From contig NC_092655.1 in NCBI RefSeq assembly GCF_032118995.1, forward strand, positions 14,525,223 to 14,589,222: a stretch of DNA of 64,000 bases. The letters are read 5' to 3'. The stretch comes from Asterias amurensis (Eukaryota). Under the pieces are notes generated by a model. That model made no database searches, had not been told where the DNA came from, and worked only from the letters and a program-made list of their open reading frames with translations. Shown one piece after another: positions 23,183-33,939 of this stretch; within the stretch, counting starts at the first letter, position 1, and the number at the start of each line of letters is the position of its first letter. Position numbers and translations under genes: made by a program.

Positions 23183-23712
23183 GGTCGATTTCACAGAGAG
23201 TTAGGACTACATGTAGTCCTAACTTAAAGGCAGTGGACACTATTGGTAATTGTCAAAGACCAGTCTTCTCACTTAGTGTATCTCAACACATGCATAAAAT
23301 AACAAACCTGTGAAAATTTGAGCTCAATTGGTCGTCGAAGTTGCGAGATAATTATGGAAGGAAAAACACCCTTGTCACACAAAGTTGTGTGCTTTCAGAT
23401 GCTTGATTTCGAGACCTCAAAATCTAATTCCGAGGTCGCAAAATCAAATTTGTGGAAAATTACTTCTTTCTCCAAAACTACGTTACTTCAGAGGGAGCCG
23501 TTTCTCACAATGTTTTATACTATCAACAGCTCCCCATTACTCGTTACCAAGTAAGGTTTTGTACTAATAATTATTTTAAGTAATTAGACTAGACTTTAAG
23601 ACTAGTTCTAAGAGATATTAAAAACTTAAGGCTAGTCCTAATTTAGGACGAGTAACTGGTCCTAACTCGAGATAAGACTAGTCTTAACTCTCTGTGAAAT
23701 CCACCCCAGTGC
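23183..23712. mobile_element. Short palindromic MITE (M2) split by a nested M1 MITE insertion at a TTAA
   Basis: M2 left arm at 23183-23221 (ggggtcgatttcacagagagttaggac...). M1 element at about 23224-23590 (aaggcagtggacactattggtaatt...; its 3' TIR is truncated). M2 right arm at 23590-23712 (...agtcttaactctctgtgaaatccacccc). Confidence 0.6.
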
Positions 23713-23846
23713 ATTTAATGCTTTGGGATATTGTTCCAATTCATAACAGTGGAGGTTGTGATGAATGATCTGTCTCCAGTATGATTGTGAGATGTTAAAT
23801 GGTAATTAAGATCAATATTTGATACTACTGTATTATTTCTTTGTAG

Positions 23847-23916
23847 CACCCGTGTTGCCGGTGAAGAGTGGATGGTCAGGAAGGAAGGAGCATATCTCCC
23901 AGGTGTATTTGAAGAG
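23847..23916 (+). CDS. MVP: MVP exon 7
   Basis: (I)[23 protein letters not shown] against MVP [22 protein letters not shown]. Acceptor tttctttgtag, donor GTAAGG at 23917. Confidence 0.9.
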
Positions 23917-24044
23917 GTAAGGCTTCTCGTTCAACCCCTTTAACATCTAAAGGACATAATCCTCGTCGGATTTCTGTTAAAGGGACAATACAGGATTGGT
24001 TTTTGCTAATAAAACAGTTACTAGCAGTGTAGCACTTTCTTTAA

Positions 24045-24375
24045 AGCCATTGGACCCTTTCGGTAAACAGTATTGTCCAAGACCCACACTTCGTGCATCA
24101 CAACTTCTATATCAAATAACAAACCTGTGAAAATTTGGGCTTAATCGGTCATCGGAGTCGGGAGAAAACAACGGGAAAACCCATCCGTGTATCCACGTAT
24201 TTCGTCGTGTCATGACGTGTTTAAAATAAATCCGTAATTAACGAGAATTGATATTGTTTTACTGTTTTCTTTCACTGTTTTCTTTCACCCCTACCTTCTG
24301 TAACCCAAGTTATTTGTAAATCTGTGAACTTTTTTTTTCTTCCTGTACCGAAAGTGTCCAATGGCTTTAATTCAC
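24045..24375 (+). mobile_element. MITE family M6 (TIR TTAAAGCCATTGGACCCTTTCGGTAAACAG), TTAA-flanked
   Basis: ctttctttaaagccattggaccctttcggtaaacag ... ctgtaccgaaagtgtccaatggctttaattc. Copies at 35195-35572 (nested in a SINE), 45818-46172 and 15738-16020 (reverse). Confidence 0.65.
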
Positions 24376-24627
24376 CATATACATAAACTGAGATCGATCG
24401 GCCATCTGGGTTGCAAGAAAATAGTTAAAAACCAATTACACACTTTGCATGATACAAATATTTTATTTTTAATAAAATGTTGACTGAGTGATAAATTCCA
24501 TACAGGAAATTATGGATTTATTTTCTCATCAAATATGGCATTTCAGACAGAAATATTTCAAGGGATGTTTTCTTCTATCATCATTTGACCATGTAAGTTT
24601 TATGAAAATATGTGATCTTTTAGACTG

Positions 24628-24880
24628 TTGTTTTCTTACAAATTCTGTGATGTTCCTTTAAATACAGAACAGAATACAGTTCTGCTCTTTACATCCAAAA
24701 CCCTTCATGGATTAGCTCCATCCTACATTCAAGACTTGTTGCAACCCGCGACAAGGCCTCAGATCTTCTTTATCACTGATATTATCTGTTCCCTATCTGT
24801 TCCTGGCAAGCTACCGTGAGCGGGCTTTTTCCAGCTGTGTACCACATCACTGGAAGCCCATGCCAGATGAGTTGAGGGAC
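24628..24880 (+). repeat. Fragment of the recurring conserved ORF-like tail repeat (retroelement-derived?)
   Basis: Translation ...LLFTSKTLHGLAPSYIQDLLQPATRP... is related to the 32409-32786, 36880-37060, 16492-16869(-) and 3880-3960 copies (motif L.G.AP.Y...LL..Y.P.R.LRS...AAP..WN.LP..IR...S...FK..LKT.LF). Confidence 0.4.
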
Positions 24881-25359
24881 ACAACTGATCTTTCATCATT
24901 TAAACACAATCTTAATACCTATCTTTTCAATCTTACGTTGGAACCACAGTCGATTTGCTACCAACCAGCACCTTTGAATGATTGGTCCTTTAGATGCTAT
25001 GGGACATATTTTCTTTTATTATTATCATTATTAAAACAGTCAAAAATTCATTCAAACTATTTAGAAGTATAAGTGTACTTCACAAGTTGTCAAGTGGTCT
25101 CTTCGAACATGCTCACAAAAATGGAGTCACATTGTTCTGGCACTCTTTTACCAGTGGACCGTTTTTGAGGTATCGGCAAAAATCCGCAGCAGTTATGTCC
25201 ACAGAGAGAGATAAACCCCCATAGGAATTACACAGTCTGAAAATTTGTATCCAGTCATGCTTCTCAGATTCAAACTTTGGGGCATAAAAACTGATGTATT
25301 TTTACATCACCACATTACTTTGAAATGAAATGTTTCACAAAATGCTTTATATGGGTTCG

Positions 25360-25625
25360 AATCCCGGTCGTGACACTTGTGTCCTTGAGCAAGATACTTT
25401 ACTATAATCGCTTCTCTTCACCCAGGGGTATAAATGGGTACCTGCGAGGGTAGAGGTTGATATTGTGAATCAAAAGCTTTCGGAGCGCCACGGCAGCTCG
25501 GGGCTGTATACTCCCTAATGGGAGCTGAGAAAGATTAAAGGGATGTTTATTGGCCCTATGACCAGGGGACTAATGTAAAGCGCATTGATACAGTTTATTG
25601 TGAAATGCGCTATATAAGAACTTGT
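25360..25625 (+). mobile_element. SINE family C (5'-truncated copy of the element that is full-length at 37757-38110)
   Basis: gggttcgaatcccggtcgtgacacttgtgtccttgagcaagatactttactataatcgcttctcttcacccaggggtataaatgggtacctgcgagggtagaggttgatattgtg...gctatataagaacttgttaataataa. Confidence 0.65.
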
Positions 25626-25727
25626 TAATAATAAATACTATCGAAAACTGCTGTATAGGCTTCTAACCAATTTTTTTTATTGTCAATAATTTTAAGAGTG
25701 ATTACCAAACAGATAGTATACATGTAA

Positions 25728-26065
25728 GTGGAATACGAAAAAATATAGCGCTTCCGCATCCCATATCCAACGAGGCCAAAGGCTGAGTTGGATATGGGGC
25801 GCAGACTCGCTATATTTTTTCGTATTTCACTTCCAGTCTCACTTGCAACGTGCACAGTTAAAAACTTCAGAGCGTTATTTCACGCGCACAAAGTTTAGAA
25901 TGTAATTTTTGTACTGTCCGTACACGGAGCGTGACAAAATGACTTTCACAATACGCACTGTGTAAAAACAGAGGAAGTAGGATATAAAACAGAGGTCGTA
26001 GCATATATGTTTTTATCCCCCTAGTAGGTCGAGCATCTGATTGGTGGATTAGCGCGTACTGGATG
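25728..26065. repeat. Interspersed repeat carrying an internal hairpin (second copy at 49900-50140)
   Basis: ggaatacgaaaaaatatagcgcttccgc...gcagactcgctatattttttcgtatttcac forms an inverted repeat. The downstream stretch aaagtttagaatgtaattttt...acagaggtcgtagcatatatgtttttatccccctagtag..catctgatt.gtgg.ttagcgcgtactgg is shared with 49950-50140. Confidence 0.5.
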
Positions 26066-26199
26066 AAAATATTTTATTATTTATTTGTTTGCTGTTTAGG
26101 TTTCTTTGTTCCTTTTAATGCCTTGTATTTGCACTTGTTATTATTGTATTCTTGAGGTCCAAAAAATAATAATGATAAATTCCCTTTTAACAATGTCAG

Positions 26200-26361
26200 G
26201 TGGTTGAGGTTGTCTCGGCCTACATATTGAAACAAGAAGTGGCGTTACACCTTCTTGCCGAGCATAGCTGCAGAGATGCCCTGGGCCGTCTCAGACAGGC
26301 TGGCGAGGAGTGGCTGGTCACAGTGGACGACACTGAAATGTACATCCCAGAAATAGGAGAG
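26200..26361 (+). CDS. MVP: MVP exon 8
   Basis: [54 protein letters not shown] against MVP [54 protein letters not shown]. Acceptor caatgtcag, donor GTAATA at 26362. Confidence 0.93.
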
Positions 26362-26454
26362 GTAATACGCACAGGAAATTCAACATTCAAACTTGTTGCA
26401 CAAAAAGTGAACTGTTGGTTATCTTAGAAAGATTACAGGGGTCGATTTCACAAA

Positions 26455-26765
26455 GAGTTGCTCCATTGCTTCATCCTTCGGATGGGACTTAAAGCTGTTG
26501 GTACCATGTGTTGTGTAACGCATGTAAAAGAACCCAGTACACTTATCGAAAAGAGAAGGGGTTAGCCCCGGTGTTCCTGGCTGTGGCTGCTGTATGTGCC
26601 GTAGCACCTTGTTAATCCTTATTTAAGGTGCTAAATAATAGGGTCTCAGAATTCATCACTGCAATAACCTATCTTTCTGAAAGTTTGTATGTATACTCAG
26701 TGCCTTGAGTACCTTGTTTGGTAGATACGTGCGCTATATAAGACTTAGATATTATTATTACTAAT
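26455..26765 (+). mobile_element. SINE family A body (5'-truncated), ending 22 bp upstream of MVP exon 9
   Basis: ttgctccattgcttcatccttcggatgggacttaaagctgttggtaccatgtgttgtgtaacgcatgtaaaagaacccagtacacttatcgaaaagagaaggggttagcc... Preceded by an M2-type TIR fragment (ggggtcgatttcacaaagagttg). Confidence 0.65.
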
Positions 26766-26786
26766 GTGAAACACTCCCTATTGTAG

Positions 26787-26928
26787 AAAGCAGTTCAGTC
26801 CATCACCAAGGTAGTCCTTGAGAAGAGTCAATACTGTGTGGTGTGCAACCCGGTAGATGCAGATGGCCACGCCCAGTTAGGATGTGAGGAGCTCCGTAAG
26901 GGTCAAACAAGCTTCTTCCTTCATCCAG
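26787..26928 (+). CDS. MVP: MVP exon 9
   Basis: KAVQSITKVVLEKSQYCVVCNPVDADGHAQLGCEELRKGQTSFFLHP(G) against MVP [47 protein letters not shown]. Acceptor ctattgtag, donor GTATGT at 26929. Confidence 0.93.
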
Positions 26929-27924
26929 GTATGTCTGACTATTTTCTTCACTTTCCTTGGTATAACAGACCCATACAATACAATAGGCCTACATTAATGT
27001 TTTACCATCATTTCATCAAGACCACAGTTGTTTGTGATGATATACAGCAAAAGGAACATGGCAACCAATGATACAAAATTACTAAACTATTAAACTAAAA
27101 TCATAAAAGCAAACAATCATTGCGGGAGCAGGTGTGATTTCAGATGCTTCTTGAAAATATGAAGTGAATCAGCAGAGCGCAGGGGGGGGGGGAGACTATT
27201 CAAAAGCTTAGGGGCTACAAAAGAGAAGGTTTTTCAGCAGCTGATTCCAGAGATCTGTGATAAGTTTTGTTCTCAAAACAGGTAGTGTCTTTTGATGACC
27301 ACAAGCCGACTCTTCTTGGGGTATACAAAACCAAGCATGATTTTAATTATGTAAGGCCCAGATAATTATAAAGGCATTTGTAAACAAAGCACATAGTTTT
27401 GTATTGGATTAAATTAATTGTTTGCTTTAATTATATGCCTAAACCTGTCATACACCCATCCAAAAGTAAAGTAAAGTCTGTCTGGTGTCCGGTGTGTATA
27501 CCTGGTTTCCATAGCATTGAACGACTGAGAATATTTCTAATCCCCCTGGATGGACAGGAGTCCATTCCATTGCAAGTTACTCCCCAACTCTCGCCGGTAC
27601 CCATTTATACTCCGAGGTGGAGAGAAGCAATTATTATAAAGTGCCTTGCTGAAGAACACAAGTGTCGCGACCGACAAGGCCAGGATTTTTAAAAACTCAC
27701 ATACTGTAAATTAGAGCTTGAGGCCACCGCCCAAGACCACTCGGCCACAGGACACTCCACCCAGCCCAAACCCAATCCATTATTCCCATGATATGTTTGA
27801 AGTATTTTATAGCTGAGTTTTCTTCATTAAATTATTAGTGATTTTTTTTAATGTAAATTTGTCCGCGATGTTGCTATTTAACAGATGGAAATTTTCATCG
27901 GAGATAACAAATATAATTTTTGGG

Positions 27925-28065
27925 TTTTACCCATGCATACTGATGTGTTTAAGCACTGTACACTCAGTACTTTCCCGAGCTCTGTGAAAAAAATCACAGG
28001 CATATTGGTGGGTGGGATTCAAACCCACAACCTTTGCAATTCTAGAGAAGAGTCTTATGTTGCTG
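27925..28065 (-). mobile_element. SINE family D copy (minus)
   Basis: The reverse complement contains ctctagaattgcaaaggttgtgggtttgaatcccaccc...atgcctgtgatttttttcacagagctcgggaaagtactgagtgtacagtgct. Matches 34222-34385 and 59337-59510. Confidence 0.55.
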
Positions 28066-28099
28066 TTTCTGACTAGCTCTTTGTCATTGGATTTGGCAG

Positions 28100-28201
28100 G
28101 TGAATTCATTAAGAATGGTATACAGGAGCAGTTTGTATTGTCTGAAGATCAGGCTATTGTTCTCCAGGCTATCAATGAGTTTGAAGATGATACTATGCCA
28201 G
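28100..28201 (+). CDS. MVP: MVP exon 10
   Basis: (G)EFIKNGIQEQFVLSEDQAIVLQAINEFEDDTMP(G) against MVP [35 protein letters not shown]. Acceptor atttggcag, donor GTAAGT at 28202. Confidence 0.9.
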
Positions 28202-28878
28202 GTAAGTCCCAATTTAATGGCTCTGCCGTCGATTTGACCAAACTCTTCCGTACTTAGGATTAATCTTCGGACTTAGGAATAGTTCAATTCCATATCGAAA
28301 GACGTTAGGTCGCATTTAACCCATCCTAGGTTAGGATGAGTTACTCCTTCTTACTCGAGATAGTGCTCAGTGAAATCAACTGCCGCTTATGGCAGGGAAT
28401 GATGTGCTTATGTCAAGCGTGTTTCACGGGTTAGTAGGTTTTTTTTTTTTACTTGTGCGCGTGCATACTTCATGTCACTAGGCTTTCTTTGCTTACACAG
28501 CTAGTGCAGTAAGCAGAGAAGGTGATTGTAAGCGCAGAGTTTGGCGATAAGCAGAGCCATGAAATTGGGCCCATATTGTCTGATTGTCAAAAAATATTTA
28601 AAAACACTCACTACATGTTGTGATGTGATTTTATAGGCAGAGTTACGCGGTAAACAGAGCCATGAAATTTGCCCCCGTTGAAATTCAAAATCCAAGAAAA
28701 GGTTTTGTGGTAATCCACAAGTGGCATATTAAAGATCAACCTCAAACAAAATTTATTTGCTGTATTTTGGGGTTGGTGTTTGTTAGAGAAAAGGTTTTTA
28801 TTTTTTTATTTTTAGTTAGGTATCAGAGCTGTTATGAATATAATACCGGATGAACTGTATTTTGTTTGTCTGATTCAG

Positions 28879-28990
28879 GGAAGTCCAAGAAGAGGATTCC
28901 TGGTAATCGCTGGATGATTAAGGGTCCAATTTGCTACATTCCACCTGTTCAAGTGAAGGTTGTGGACCAGGGTAATCAAACCCTAGTCAG
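28879..28990 (+). CDS. MVP: MVP exon 11
   Basis: (G)KSKKRIPGNRWMIKGPICYIPPVQVKVVDQGNQTLV(R) against MVP [30 protein letters not shown]. Acceptor ctgattcag, donor GTTAGT at 28991. Confidence 0.88.
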
Positions 28991-29054
28991 GTTAGTATGA
29001 ACATCCACCAAGTCATCCTCCTCTTTGAGTTTGCCAGCTGAGCGTGGCAGAGTG

Positions 29055-29355
29055 CTTAATAATAATATAATATCGAAGTCTTATGTATCTACAAAACAAG
29101 GTACTCAAGGCGCTGAGTATGACAAACTTTCAGAAAGATGGGTTATTGTAGTGATGAATTTTGAGACCCATTTATTTAGCACCTTATAATTGTTTACAAG
29201 GTGCTACGCGCGCATACAGCAGCCACAGCCAGGAACACCAGGGCGAACCCCTTCTCTTTTCGATGTGTGCACTGGGTTCTTTTACATGCATTACACAACA
29301 CATGGGACCAATGACCTTACGTCCCATCCGAAGGACGAAGCAATGGTTCAGTGTC
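29055..29355 (-). mobile_element. SINE family A copy (minus, head truncated by the adjacent M1 MITE)
   Basis: The reverse complement matches the SINE-A body (…ggcgaaccccttctcttttcgatgtgtgcactgggttcttttacatgcattacacaacacatgggaccaatg...ccatccgaaggacgaagcaatgg). Confidence 0.6.
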
Positions 29356-29365
29356 TTGCTTATTT

Positions 29366-29740
29366 AGGCAGTGGACACTATTGGTAATTTTCAAAATAAT
29401 TTTTAGCATAAAAACTTACTTGGTAATGAGTAAAGGGGAGAGGTTGATAGTATAAGACATTGTGAGAAACGGCTCCCTCTGAAGTGACGTAGTATTCGAG
29501 ACAGAAGTAATTTTCCACGAATTTTATTTCGAGACCTCAAGTTAAAAATTTGAGGTCTCGAAATCAAGCATCTGAAAGCACACAACTTTGTGTGACAATA
29601 GTGTTTTTTCTTTCATTATTATCTTGCAACTTCGATGACCGATTGAGCTCAAATTTTCACAGGTTTGTTATTTTATCCATATGTTGAGATACTCCAAGTG
29701 AGAAGACTGGTCTTTGACAATTACCAATAGTGTCTACTGA
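29366..29740. mobile_element. MITE family M1 copy
   Basis: ggcagtggacactattggtaattttcaaaataatttttagc...gagacctcaagttaaaaatttgaggtctcgaaatc...ttaccaatagtgtctactga. Confidence 0.65.
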
Positions 29741-29851
29741 CGCAAGTGTCAGGTTGAGCCGGAGCCCCTGGTGTATTAAGAAAGCCCATAGTTTGCAATA
29801 AAGGCTTGGATATGATAACAAATATTTCTCTGTTTTTACTTTTTTTTACAG

Positions 29852-29912
29852 GCAAGCTATACCCCTTGATGATTTGGAAGGCATCTATGTACGCAACTTG
29901 AAAACAGGCAAG
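29852..29912 (+). CDS. MVP: MVP exon 12
   Basis: (R)QAIPLDDLEGIYVRNLKTGK against MVP [21 protein letters not shown]. Acceptor tttttttacag, donor GTAATA at 29913. Confidence 0.92.
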
Positions 29913-30074
29913 GTAATATCATTTGCCACTTGAATTTAATGATCAATAAGTTGTTTTTTTAATTTTCTTGTAGTTGCAAATACTCTGCTTGGCACTGTGA
30001 AACAATTCGCCATTGAATGTGCACCACAGCCAAAACTGCTGTTTCCGAGACTGGTTTTAATGGTTCTTTTGCAT

Positions 30075-30420
30075 TTAAAGCCAATGGACACTTTCTGAAC
30101 AGAACCAATATTAAAACCTGTGAAAATTTGAGCTCAATCGGTCGTCAAAGTTGCAAGATAAGAATAAAAGAAAAAAACACTCTTGTCACATAAAGTTGTG
30201 TGCTTTAGATGCTTGATTTCAAGACCTCAAGTTCTAAATCTGAGGTTTCGAAATCAAACTTGTGGAAAATTACTTCTTTCTCGAAAACAACGTTACTTTA
30301 GAGGGAGCCGTGTTATCACAATGTTTTATACTATCAACCTCTCCCCATAACTCATTACCAAGTGAGGTTTTATGCTGAAAATTATTTTGAGTAATTACCA
30401 ATAGTGTCCACTGCCTTTAA
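30075..30420. mobile_element. MITE family M1 copy (5' end degenerate), directly abutting the intron-12 tandem array
   Basis: ...gatttcaagacctcaagttctaaatctgaggtttcgaaatc...gagtaattaccaatagtgtccactgcctttaa ends at 30420. Confidence 0.6.
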
Positions 30421-30427
30421 AGCAATA

Positions 30428-30801
30428 CTTTCCTGTGCTAGGTTTGTGCAGTGATGGGGCGAAATTTGTTTTGAAAAGCACACACCAAAATTACCATATT
30501 CAATGTTGTTGTTCACACCAGAAAATGATGTACAGTATGCTGCATGTATTTTGACTCTCTAGGTTCGTGCAGTTATGGAGTTAAATTGGTTTTAAAAAGC
30601 ATAAAACTAAATAATATTATTCTCATTATTAATATTCGCACCTGAAAAATGATGTATGCTTTAAATGTATTTTGACTTTCTAGGTTGGTGCAGTGATGGG
30701 GCAAAAATGGTTTGAAAATCACTCACTCAAAATTATTGTATTCATTATTATTATTCGCACCAGACAACATCATGTATGCTGAATATATTTTGACTGTCTA
30801 G
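30428..30801 (+). repeat. Tandem array (3 extra units, ~120-130 bp each) duplicating the exon 13 acceptor region and its first ~17 exonic nt
   Basis: Units start at about 30436, 30558 and 30679, each reading ctaggtt.gtgcagtgatgggg.aaa..ggttt.gaaaa.ca...attattcgcacc.gaaaa.gatgtatgctg.atgtattttgact.t. The fourth unit is the genuine tgactgtctag|gttcgagcagtgatgggtcctgac exon 13 junction at 30801/30802. Confidence 0.8.
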
Positions 30802-30896
30802 GTTCGAGCAGTGATGGGTCCTGACTCTTATCTTCTGACTGCGGATGAACAACTCTGGGAAAAAGATCTGCCTCCTTTAGTCGTGAAAATTCTGCA
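30802..30896 (+). CDS. MVP: MVP exon 13
   Basis: VRAVMGPDSYLLTADEQLWEKDLPPLVVKIL against MVP [30 protein letters not shown]. Acceptor gtctag, donor GTGAGT at 30897. Confidence 0.92.
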
Positions 30897-31239
30897 GTGA
30901 GTTGACACTCTTAAATTTCATCATACATAATGCCAGAACCGATGCTTTTAAATTTACTGATTTCAACAGGTCTTCTTTGACAATTCACCATCCAGACTTG
31001 TGACGAGCCTCAGACTTTTGACAAACAAACCTCCCTCCCTGGTTTTGGTTTCCTGGTTTTGTTAGAGGAACAAAACAGTTTTGTTCTTCAATAAATCGGC
31101 TTGCAGGTCCAGATATTACTTCTGTTGTTTGTATTTGTTTGGGGGGTACCAGTCAGAAGCCATACAACCATTAAATGCCAAGAAGCCAGGGTTGCACCCT
31201 GGTCTCGTGGAAGGTGGCAGCCAGGAGATCACCTTCAAG

Positions 31240-31645
31240 TGGAAGTGTCGTGGCCGAGCGGTTAAGAACACCAAATTCAAACTCTGGTGTTTCTGATCAG
31301 CAGAGTGTGGGTTCGATTCCCCAGCCGTGACACTTGTGTCCTTAAGCAAGACACTTTACCATTGCTTCGTCCTTCAGATGGGACGTAAAGCCGTTGGTCC
31401 CATGTGTTGTGTAACGCATGTAAAAGAACCCAGTGCACTTATCGAAAAGAGAAGGGGTTCGCCCCGGTGTTCCTGGTTGTGGCTGCTTAATGCACCGTAG
31501 CTCCTTGTAAACCCTTATAAGTGCTACATAATTGGGTCTCAGAATCCATCACTGCAATAACCTATCTTTCTGAAAGTTTGTATATATATTCAGCGCCATG
31601 AGTACCTTGTTTGGTAGATACGTCCGCTATATTAGACTTTTTTTA
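31240..31645 (+). mobile_element. SINE family A copy
   Basis: ggaagtgtcgtggccgagcggttaagaacaccaaattcaaactctggtgtttctgatcagcagagtgtgggttcgattcc... with a complete body and no microsatellite tail. Confidence 0.7.
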
Positions 31646-31912
31646 AGGGGATGCATTTTTGCTCAACAAACCGGCCTCCACACTACCATCATTGAATTTA
31701 TTTTCATCAGTTTAGCAGTTAGCACTTTTGATACATTGGATATCGGATATTCGATCCTCCTTTGAAAACCATTTTTTACCCACTCATTTCCTCCCCCCCC
31801 ACTTCTTTCAAGGGTCAGCTTTCAACTGGTTTTAGGAATTTTTTTAGTATGCCTGACGATAGCCTAAAAAAAATCTAAATCAAAGGTGGACTTTTGCCAA
31901 TTCTGGCATATG

Positions 31913-32123
31913 TATAGACGGTGTGACCTCTGACGTCACACGAAAACCATAACATGATCCGCGCGCATATCGCCGTGCAAAACCTTTGTGTTTTGGCAGC
32001 CAGCTAGAAAGTGTATGCAATCTTACTATGAATCCGCAACTCAGTGCCCGGCGAAACATGATGTATGTAGTGTTTTGTCAACAGAGGGCAGTTTGAATGT
32101 AAACAGGTCACATCGTCTATACA
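31913..32123. mobile_element. MITE family M7 copy, ending ~55 bp upstream of MVP exon 14
   Basis: gtatagacggtgtgacctctgacgtcacacg ... caggtcacatcgtctatac. Same family as 10858-11075 and 63683-63903. Confidence 0.7.
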
Positions 32124-32177
32124 AGAATAGCAAAATTACGAATTGTATTTTAATGATTTCATTATTATTACTTGTAG

Positions 32178-32262
32178 GAATGGAGGTGGTTATGGAGAAG
32201 GAGATATAAGAAAGCTAGCTTACTTTGAATCATCCATTGATGCTGACTACACCCCAGGCAAG
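32178..32262 (+). CDS. MVP: MVP exon 14 (variable linker region)
   Basis: (Q)NGGGYGEGDIRKLAYFESSIDADYTPGK. The sequence is weakly conserved, but phase, the cttgtag acceptor and the GTAGGA donor at 32263 are consistent, and it aligns positionally to MVP KGQDPLADRGEKDTAKSLQPLAPRNK. Confidence 0.7.
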
Positions 32263-32408
32263 GTAGGAAACCCGAGTAGGCTATGAAAAAACACTTTAAA
32301 CTTAGGCTATGACAAAACACTTTAGTGCATGCGCACTTACATTTTGGGGGGCAAAATGAGGGAATATCGGGCTGTTTTGTACACGGCTAATGGCTGCGCG
32401 ACGCAGAC

Positions 32409-32925
32409 ATGAAAAGGGTCCATTTAAAACAGTTTTATGACCTGGCTGCTTCCAATGTTCGGTCCCAACTGGACTGGCTTCCTATACATGTTCGTATTCT
32501 TTTCAAGCTGCTTCTTTATGTCTATAAATGCTCCCAGGGTCTTGCTCCAAATTATCTTTCTGTTCTATTGTCTTCTTATACACCTGGCAGAGAAGGTCTA
32601 TGCTCCTCCTCTGGTAAATCCCTTCTCTGTGAGCAAAGGCCTTCTCGATCTGCCGGCTCCAAGTCTTTTTTTCTTGCTGGGCCGAAGGAATGGAATGAAT
32701 TACCTAAACTGATCAGGGAGTCATCTTCTACTGCCATTTTAAAAAATTACCTCAAAACTTACTTTTTCAGTCAGCCTCGTCATTAATCCTTTGCGGTTTT
32801 GTTTATATTTCTTTCTTTGCTTTGTTCTTGTTTTATTCATTGTTCAGTGCTTTGATCTGTGTTTAAGGCGCTATATAAATACCTATATTATAATTATTAT
32901 TATTATTATTATTATTATTACTAAC
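32409..32925 (+). repeat. Recurring conserved ORF-like tail repeat followed by an (ATT)n microsatellite
   Basis: ORF 32409-32786 reads ...LDWLPIHVRILFKLLLYVYKCSQGLAPNYLSVLLSSYTPGREGLCSS...SAGSKSFFLAGPKEWNELPKLIRESSSTAILKNYLKTYFFSQ. It is homologous to the copies at 16492-16869(-), 24628-24880, 36880-37060 and 3880-3960. (att)n at 32889-32925. Confidence 0.5.
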
Positions 32926-33072
32926 CTTTTCACCTGGTAGTAAACTCCTCTTGAAGATTTCGTGCAGTGTTTTGATTTGAAATATTATAAAACACAAAGA
33001 GAAAGTGTAGAGAACTTTCGTTGTCAATAACACAAGCTTTCAAATGTGTGTTTTTGTCTTTGTTTTTCCTAG

Positions 33073-33129
33073 AAAAGAGATAAAACCAGAGTGGTCAGGT
33101 ACCGTTGCCCTGGAAACACAGCAGTGCAG
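33073..33129 (+). CDS. MVP: MVP exon 15
   Basis: KRDKTRVVRYRCPGNTAVQ against MVP RNKTRVVSYRVPHNAAVQ. Acceptor tttttcctag, donor GTGAGA at 33130. Confidence 0.9.
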
Positions 33130-33393
33130 GTGAGATGATATCCTTTTTAACCTAAAGAATATCTATTTTTATGTAATTTTTATTTATTTTAATTTTATGT
33201 AACCACTGTAAAATCAGCTTCCTCACTTTATTTCTCTCAACAAGTTTCATCAGATATTTTGTTTGATGAAAAAGTAATGGTGTGTAAGTAATGATAAGTC
33301 ATATAGACTATAATAGAAGATCAGTTGGAGTTTTGGCTATGAAAAGAGCCAGTGTGGTCTTGTCTCCTGACGATGAGCAGAGTGTAATGCATA

Positions 33394-33673
33394 GAGTTAT
33401 ATATAAGAACTAGAGGGCGCACTGGTGATGCTTCTTGCACAAACGCGCTGGTACCGGAACTAGACACGCGCGCCATTATGTATGCGTTGAATATGAAGTA
33501 CACGTTGGAGTTTGTGTTTATTGAACGCTGACGCGTGTTTATTGAACTTACAAAATGGCCGCACAAACACACACTAAGCATGCCTGTTTGTTCAACTTAG
33601 AAAATGGCCGCCTGGGCGCATGCCAGGGCGCGTATATAGGCCAGTGCGCCCTCTAGTTATAATATAACTCTAT
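33394..33673. mobile_element. MITE family M3 copy
   Basis: catagagttatatataagaactagagggcgcac ... gtgcgccctctagttataatataactctatg. The internal sequence is inverted relative to the 10009-10306 copy. Confidence 0.7.
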
Positions 33674-33842
33674 GCTGTAATGTCGAGACTGCACCGGCTC
33701 TTTTCAGAGGCAACACTACCACAAAAGAGATGTACACATGGTTGTACCTGCAAATTTACCATTTTGAATAACATCTTCTTGTTCATACCATGAGAAGCTT
33801 TAAACACCACTAAACATCTATCATGTTTTTTTTTTCTTCAAG

Positions 33843-33939
33843 GTGTACAAGTATCAGGAGAAGACTGCCCGTGTTGTCTTTGGTCCTGACATGGTGATTC
33901 TTGGTCCTCAAGAAGACTTCAACGTTCTCAGTCTGAGTG
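33843..33939 (+). CDS. MVP: MVP exon 16
   Basis: [32 protein letters not shown](G) against MVP [34 protein letters not shown]. Acceptor ttcttcaag, donor GTACGC at 33940. Confidence 0.93.
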
